Origin: Raja brachyura
Lineage: Eukaryota
NCBI GenBank assembly: GCA_963514005.1
Contig: OY740814.1
Span: 12,276,001 to 12,340,000, forward strand
Direction: 5' to 3'
Length of the DNA stretch: 64,000 nucleotides
Part shown: piece after piece, positions 62,101-64,000 of the stretch
Position numbering within the stretch: position 1 is the first letter of the stretch
How the letters are laid out: each line of letters starts with the position of its first letter
Notes under the pieces: generated by a model
Seen by the model: only the letters and a program-made list of their open reading frames with translations
Told to the model about the DNA's origin: nothing
Database searches by the model: none
Translations under genes and position numbers: made by a program

Positions 62101-64000
62101 AGTGATGTAAAAGTAGGCATTAATCCTAATGAGGCAGATACTACCACAACATTTAAGAAACATTTAACATGTAGAGGGCGGTCACGGTGGCACAGCGGTT
62201 GCTGCCTTACAGCAAAATGCAGCTACAGAGACCCGGGTTCGATCCCGACTACAAGTGCTGTCTGTATGGAATTTGTACATTCTCCCCGTGATCTGTGTGG
62301 GTTTTCTCTGAGATCTTTGGTTTCCTCCCACACTCCAAAGACGCACGGGTTTGTAGGTTAATTGGCTTAATTAATTAGCTTGATAAAAATGTAAAATTGT
62401 CCAAGTTGGCGATATGCAGAGTACTGTCCTGCCGACTACAAAATTCAGAAGGTCGAGGGATATGGGACAAATGCAGGCAGGTGGGTCTAGTGTAGATGGG
62501 GCACATTGGTCGGGGTGGACAAATTGGGGCAAAGGACCCGTTTCCATGCTGAATTACATTCCTGACTCTTGATGAGGAATCTTGTTAAAGCCTGAAATAG
62601 TTTCAGGCTTCTAAACAGTGGGAAACAAATGAAGTAATTGGTTTAAGAGCAAGCTGAAAGGAGGAAAACACAAGGTACTGGAGGAGCCCAGCAGGTCAGG
62701 CAGCATTTGCTGAGGGAATGGACAGACACTTCTGGTCGTGACCAAAGCTAACAAAGTGCAACTTGAGCACATTCTGTGCAGCAGGCTGCAAGTGAGCATA
62801 AAGTAACCTTGGTGAATGTACTCTTTACAACAGGGTGGATCTGATCTGATCATTAGCAACTCTGGTCACAGAAAAGAAAAGTCCAAAAAATGCTTTTTGT
62901 TTGGAAGAAAAAAGAGATCAACAAATACATTCAAGGAGGAGCAGGTATGATTGGGAACAAACGCTAAAGTAGTTATGATCATACATTTGCATTGAAGGAT
63001 AATGTAAGATTTGTTGATGGGGTGAGATTGAATAGGATGGAAGTAGTCTCAGACTCTGGTTTTAGTCGTTGGGCTCTATAGACTTGGGCTTGTTTGGCAA
63101 TTTCTTGCATCAGCTGATGCTTGCTACAGTGTCTATAATGAGAGCAATTCCTGCCAGAAATAGAATTGGAATTTATTGGGCTTGATTTGACTTGTCAGTT
63201 TTATTTTTGGTTACTTTAAGTGCTTGACCTGATTAACTCATCATGATGAATGAATCCTGCAATTGCAGTTTTACGCAGCAAGTCACACTTGCTCAACAAC
63301 TGATGGCACCAATACCTTTAATTATTCCCCATTCATAATCACTTATTTCCCCTCATTTAGACCCATACTTGCCAAAATGTATTTAATTGGCCGCCTGCCT
63401 GATGTATTTTTTAAAATTATTATGGATAAAGCCTAAGTGTGGTCCTAGTTTTGCAATGGAAGTATTTTGGGTTAATGTCCAATAGTTTGAATATTTTGAG
63501 TTCTCTATGGGGGAAAATAAAGGTTAAATGTTCATTCCAACCAAGGGCGTTGTCTGGGATTTGAAACTGTTTCTAAATCACCATTCTTTTGCTAGCAGCC
63601 AGTGAGAAGAAACGGGTTTGGCGTGTGCCCCTACCAGCTGACTGGACTAAGCCGTGAGGAATCAGGAGGCTCAGTACTGATTCCCCCCACATCATTGCCA
63701 GCTGTGTTTACCGCCATGGGAGATACAGAATATTCTCACAACAGTGATGGAAGCCACGAAACTGGAGATTCGGGCAGGTATTCGCATGATTCCAGGGAGG
63801 AGATGGAAATGCTGCACCTTTCTTCTGTCACGTGTGATCCACCTGCCTTCTTGGGATCGTCTGTCCAGGGGGAAACTGCCACCATTCCTGTCCAGCCTAC
63901 CTCCGAGGAAGATCAACGTCTGCTGGTCGTTTCTCATTCCACTACCTCTGACCTACTGGCGCTGCCTCGACCAAGCCACATGTCTTCAAAACCAATGAGT
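7176..64000 (+). CDS. PRTG: Protogenin, partial spliced gene: 18 coding exons encoding Ig2-Ig4, five FN3 domains, TM and cytoplasmic tail; 5' exons and stop codon lie outside the window
   Basis: All exons have AG/GT boundaries with compatible phases. The first 17 total 2822 nt (2 + 940 codons) with no stop. Peptides such as [47 protein letters not shown] and [10 protein letters not shown] are recognisable as protogenin. Confidence 0.95.
7878..8182 (-). mobile_element. HE1/V-SINE-like tRNA-derived SINE
   Basis: tRNA-like head GGCAGCATGGTGGCTCAGCGGTAGAG...CCCGGGTTTGAACC, V-domain core and CTAAA tail on the - strand. Confidence 0.75.
8314..8447 (+). CDS. PRTG: PRTG exon (~4), Ig2 C-half, 134 nt
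   Basis: ctcag|G ATA ... CCA G|gtaaat; [44 protein letters not shown]; absent from the ORF track. Confidence 0.93.
9258..9395 (+). CDS. PRTG: PRTG exon (~5), Ig3 N-half, 138 nt
   Basis: gacag|CA TGG ... TTT G|gtgagt; [38 protein letters not shown]. Confidence 0.92.
10150..10365 (+). mobile_element. CR1-type LINE 3' tail
   Basis: TGTGGAATTCACTGCC...GAAGGGCTGAATGGCCTACTCCTGCACCTATTTTCTATGTTTCT, same as ~61510-61720. Confidence 0.75.
10462..10620 (+). CDS. PRTG: PRTG exon (~6), Ig3 C-half, 159 nt
   Basis: aacag|AT CAC ... CTG G|gtaaga; [52 protein letters not shown]. Confidence 0.94.
11649..11747 (+). mobile_element. Penelope tail-only copy with an internal micro-inversion
   Basis: Near-identical to 50819-50917 apart from an inverted 19-bp core and one substitution. 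Confidence 0.85.
11991..12153 (+). CDS. PRTG: PRTG exon (~7), Ig4 N-half, 163 nt
   Basis: tgcag|CA CCA ... AGC AG|gttcgc; [53 protein letters not shown]; the donor is weak but phase-compatible. Confidence 0.88.
12437..13965 (-). mobile_element. Degenerate CR1-type LINE 3' half
   Basis: Minus-strand ORF remnants [34 protein letters not shown] and [17 protein letters not shown]. Confidence 0.85.
15610..15857 (+). CDS. PRTG: PRTG exon (~8), Ig4 C-half and start of FN3-1, 248 nt
   Basis: ttcaag|C AAA TTG ... GAA G|gtgagc; [24 protein letters not shown]...DRPSAPRN...YSVHYMKAE. Confidence 0.93.
15903..16175. mobile_element. PIF/Harbinger-like MITE
   Basis: TIR AGGGCCTGTCCCACT at both ends; TTA/TTA TSD at 15900-15902 and 16176-16178. 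Confidence 0.82.
16240..16390. repeat. (CT)n/(TG)n compound microsatellite
   Basis: Pure CT run at 16326-16360 within degenerate CT/TG repeats. Confidence 0.9.
17417..17581 (+). CDS. PRTG: PRTG exon (~9), FN3-1 C-half, 165 nt
   Basis: tccag|GT TTA ... GAT G|gtatac; [54 protein letters not shown]. Confidence 0.94.
17605..17760 (-). mobile_element. CR1-type LINE tail fragment
   Basis: Minus-strand [35 protein letters not shown]. Confidence 0.72.
18670..18975 (+). CDS. PRTG: PRTG exon (~10), FN3-2, 306 nt
   Basis: tgcag|TC CCT ... AAA G|gtaatc; [23 protein letters not shown]...[11 protein letters not shown]. Confidence 0.94.
23449..23637 (+). CDS. PRTG: PRTG exon (~11), FN3-3 N-part, 189 nt
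   Basis: cacag|TT CCC ... CTC G|gtacgt; [62 protein letters not shown]; absent from the ORF track. Confidence 0.92.
26748..27054 (+). mobile_element. HE1/V-SINE-like SINE
   Basis: GGCACAGTGGCACAGCAGTAGAGTTGCTGCC...GACCCGGGTTCAATACC, V core, tail CTAAACTAAACT. Confidence 0.8.
27582..28744. mobile_element. TA-flanked element with ~105-bp terminal inverted repeats (Tc1/mariner-like, non-autonomous)
   Basis: 27582-27687 is the ~90% identical reverse complement of 28641-28744; TA at 27580-27581 and 28745-28746; no transposase ORF recognised. Confidence 0.6.
31057..32573 (-). mobile_element. Two non-autonomous Helitron units, tandem or nested
   Basis: The minus strand starts TC and ends CTAG, inserted between A and T with no TSD. 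Each unit has TATATTACTAAAACTC near its 5' end and a GGGACC..GGTCCC-type hairpin just before CTAG (31057 and 32024). Confidence 0.8.
32101..32161. repeat. (CA)n microsatellite inside the Helitron
   Basis: About 30 perfect CA units. Confidence 0.95.
33870..34328. mobile_element. Fold-back Penelope tail element hosting a MITE
   Basis: TSD TATTGTCAA(T/A)GCT at 33857-33869 and 34329-34341; reverse tail then forward tail. Confidence 0.75.
33892..34109. mobile_element. PIF/Harbinger-like MITE
   Basis: Perfect 36-bp TIR AGGGCCTGTCCCACTTTCACGACCTAATTCACAACC; TTA/TAA flanks. Confidence 0.85.
34805..35098 (-). mobile_element. HE1/V-SINE-like SINE
   Basis: Reverse complement of the SINE family seen at 26748. 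Confidence 0.75.
35290..35506 (-). mobile_element. HE1/V-SINE-like SINE, partial
   Basis: GTCACGGTGGCGCAGCGGTAGAGTTGCTGCC head and GGTTCGATCCCG B-box on the - strand. Confidence 0.78.
37215..38030 (+). mobile_element. Old degenerate CR1-type LINE fragments
   Basis: Decayed CR1 3' motifs such as TTTAAAAGACATTTAGATAGG and GAAGGGCCTGTTCCTATGCTGTA. Confidence 0.55.
41243..41441 (-). mobile_element. HE1/V-SINE-like SINE, internally deleted
   Basis: CTAGGGACAATTTACA...GTCTTTGGAGTGTGGGAGGAAACC core. Confidence 0.7.
42584..42880 (+). mobile_element. HE1/V-SINE-like SINE with a long poly-C run
   Basis: GGGCAGCACAGT head; tail GTGGGCCGAAGGGTCTGTTTCTGCGCTGTATG; C run at 42702-42727. Confidence 0.7.
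43029..43233. mobile_element. Fold-back Penelope tail-only insertion
   Basis: TSD CACCTTTC(G/T)CC at 43018-43028 and 43234-43244; reverse tail then forward tail with GAAGAAGGGTCTCGACCC. Confidence 0.75.
43380..44880. mobile_element. Cluster of old Penelope-like fragments in both orientations
   Basis: ORF remnants [13 protein letters not shown] (-) and LPVASHFKS...[12 protein letters not shown] (+). Confidence 0.7.
46929..47234 (-). mobile_element. HE1/V-SINE-like SINE
   Basis: Full head GGCCGGTCATGGTGGCTCAGCGGTAGAG, B-box GGTTCGATCCC, core and CTAAA tail on the - strand. Confidence 0.82.
49227..50573 (+). CDS. Penelope reverse transcriptase + GIY-YIG endonuclease, N-terminally truncated
   Basis: The frame is open from SLYTSIP (RT motif A) through [16 protein letters not shown], a Cys linker [32 protein letters not shown] and the terminal PLGLN. 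It extends the tracked ORF 49338..50573. Confidence 0.92.
   Translation, partial: SLYTSIPHQDGLKALRYFLDQKSNPYPSTDTLLRLAELVLTLNNFSFDSSHFLQTQGVAMGTRMGPSYACLFVGYVEQSLFSAYQGPTPDLYLRYIDDCFGVTSCTHAELTDFIHFTTNFHPALKYTWTISDISLPFLDLTISIAGDTLLTDIHYKPTDSHSYLDYSSSHPASCKDSIPYSQFLRLRRICSQDDVFHTRSSQMSSFFRERGFPSPTIDEARTRVSSIPRNTALSPHSPTHNKGRVPLVLTFHPTSQRIQQIVLRQFRHLQRDPSTRHIFPSPPLSAFRKDRSLRNSLVNSSLPSRSTPSPGTFPCNRKRCYTCPFTSPIHSFQGPKQSFQVRQRFTCTSSNLVYCIRCSRCQLIYIGETKRRLGDRFAEHLRSVRNNQPDLPVAQHFNSPSHSVSDLSVLGLLHGQSEQHRKFEEQHLIFRLGSLHPLGLNIEFSQFC
50824..50851 (+). ncRNA. Minimal hammerhead-ribozyme-like motif in the Penelope 3' UTR
   Basis: CUGAAGA-A-GGGU(CUCG)ACCC-GAAAC-GUC: catalytic core, 4-bp stem II and palindromic ACGU in place of stem III; stem I pairing is weak. 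Confidence 0.6.
53391..53486 (+). CDS. PRTG: PRTG exon (~12), FN3-3 C-part, 96 nt
   Basis: tttag|AC CCT ... GTG T|gtaagt; [32 protein letters not shown]. Confidence 0.93.
54944..55130 (+). CDS. PRTG: PRTG exon (~13), FN3-4 N-half, 187 nt
   Basis: gacag|CT GTT ... CAA AC|gtaagt; [29 protein letters not shown]...[10 protein letters not shown]. Confidence 0.94.
56731..56858 (+). CDS. PRTG: PRTG exon (~14), FN3-4 C-half, 128 nt
   Basis: tccag|T TCT ... GAA G|gtaagg; [42 protein letters not shown]. Confidence 0.94.
57298..57712 (+). mobile_element. Penelope-like 3' fragment
   Basis: EN C-terminus remnant plus a 3' UTR matching 50665-50860 (CCCAAGTCGCACTAGCTTCTCATTTTCAC...CTGAAGAAGGGTCTCGAC). 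Confidence 0.82.
57713..58017 (+). mobile_element. CR1-type LINE tail
   Basis: AGAACTAGAGGGCAT...TGGAACATGCTGCCAG...TTGGACAGG. Confidence 0.65.
58045..58215 (+). CDS. PRTG: PRTG exon (~15), FN3-5 N-half, 171 nt
   Basis: tgcag|CT CCA ... GAA G|gtgagc; [25 protein letters not shown]...[12 protein letters not shown]. Confidence 0.94.
58933..59124 (+). CDS. PRTG: PRTG exon (~16), FN3-5 C-half and stalk, 192 nt
   Basis: tttag|GA TCA ... AAA G|gtaaat; [37 protein letters not shown]...SADAK. Confidence 0.92.
60151..60274 (+). CDS. PRTG: PRTG exon (~17), transmembrane helix, 124 nt
   Basis: cacag|GT AAC ... GCA AG|gtattg; [37 protein letters not shown]. Confidence 0.93.
60629..60794 (+). CDS. PRTG: PRTG exon (~18), cytoplasmic, 166 nt
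   Basis: tccag|G AAA ... AAG|gtaatt; [11 protein letters not shown]...[16 protein letters not shown]. Confidence 0.88.
61262..61722 (+). mobile_element. CR1-type LINE 3' end
   Basis: [34 protein letters not shown]...[11 protein letters not shown] plus 3' UTR. Confidence 0.9.
62176..62402 (+). mobile_element. HE1/V-SINE-like SINE, partial
   Basis: GGGCGGTCACGGTGGCACAGCGG...GACCCGGGTTCGATCCCG head and V core. Confidence 0.8.
62834..62944 (+). CDS. PRTG: PRTG exon (~19), cytoplasmic, 111 nt
   Basis: aacag|GGT GGA ... GAG CAG|gtatga; [37 protein letters not shown]; phase 0 at both ends. Confidence 0.85.
63599..64000 (+). CDS. PRTG: PRTG probable last coding exon (~20), open to the window end
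   Basis: gctag cag|CCA GTG; [13 protein letters not shown]...[36 protein letters not shown]...KPMS; no in-frame stop; missed by the ORF track. Confidence 0.87.

Noticed and set aside
63744-63998. 84-aa ORF at the window end
   Set aside because: Wrong frame; the PRTG-like peptide is in the frame starting at 63599.
1-64000. Prokaryotic systems (CRISPR, operons, retrons, defence islands)
   Set aside because: The DNA is spliced vertebrate sequence. There are no regularly spaced repeat-spacer arrays, and the only intact RT is a Penelope RT-GIY-YIG fusion.

Overview
This is vertebrate, not microbial, DNA. The repeat content (HE1/V-SINE-like SINEs, CR1-type LINE tails, abundant Penelope elements) points to an elasmobranch such as a skate, ray or shark; that assignment is inference. 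The whole window lies inside one + strand gene, protogenin (PRTG; DCC/neogenin family, Ig + FN3 + TM). Eighteen GT-AG exons from 7176 to the window end splice into one uninterrupted frame. They probably correspond to exons 3-20 (numbering recalled from the human gene), with a ~29.75 kb intron at 23638-53390. The introns hold a young 5'-truncated Penelope-like retroelement (RT + GIY-YIG, 11-bp TSD) and at least 10 copies of its 3' tail, which carries a minimal hammerhead-ribozyme-like motif. Several tail-only copies are fold-back insertions with their own TSDs, and one has a precise 19-bp micro-inversion of the ribozyme core. Also present are a double non-autonomous Helitron carrying a coding-like fragment, three Harbinger-like MITEs, and a TA-flanked element with ~105-bp inverted repeats next to a perfect 32-bp hairpin. 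All calls were made by eye, and repeat boundaries without TSDs are approximate.
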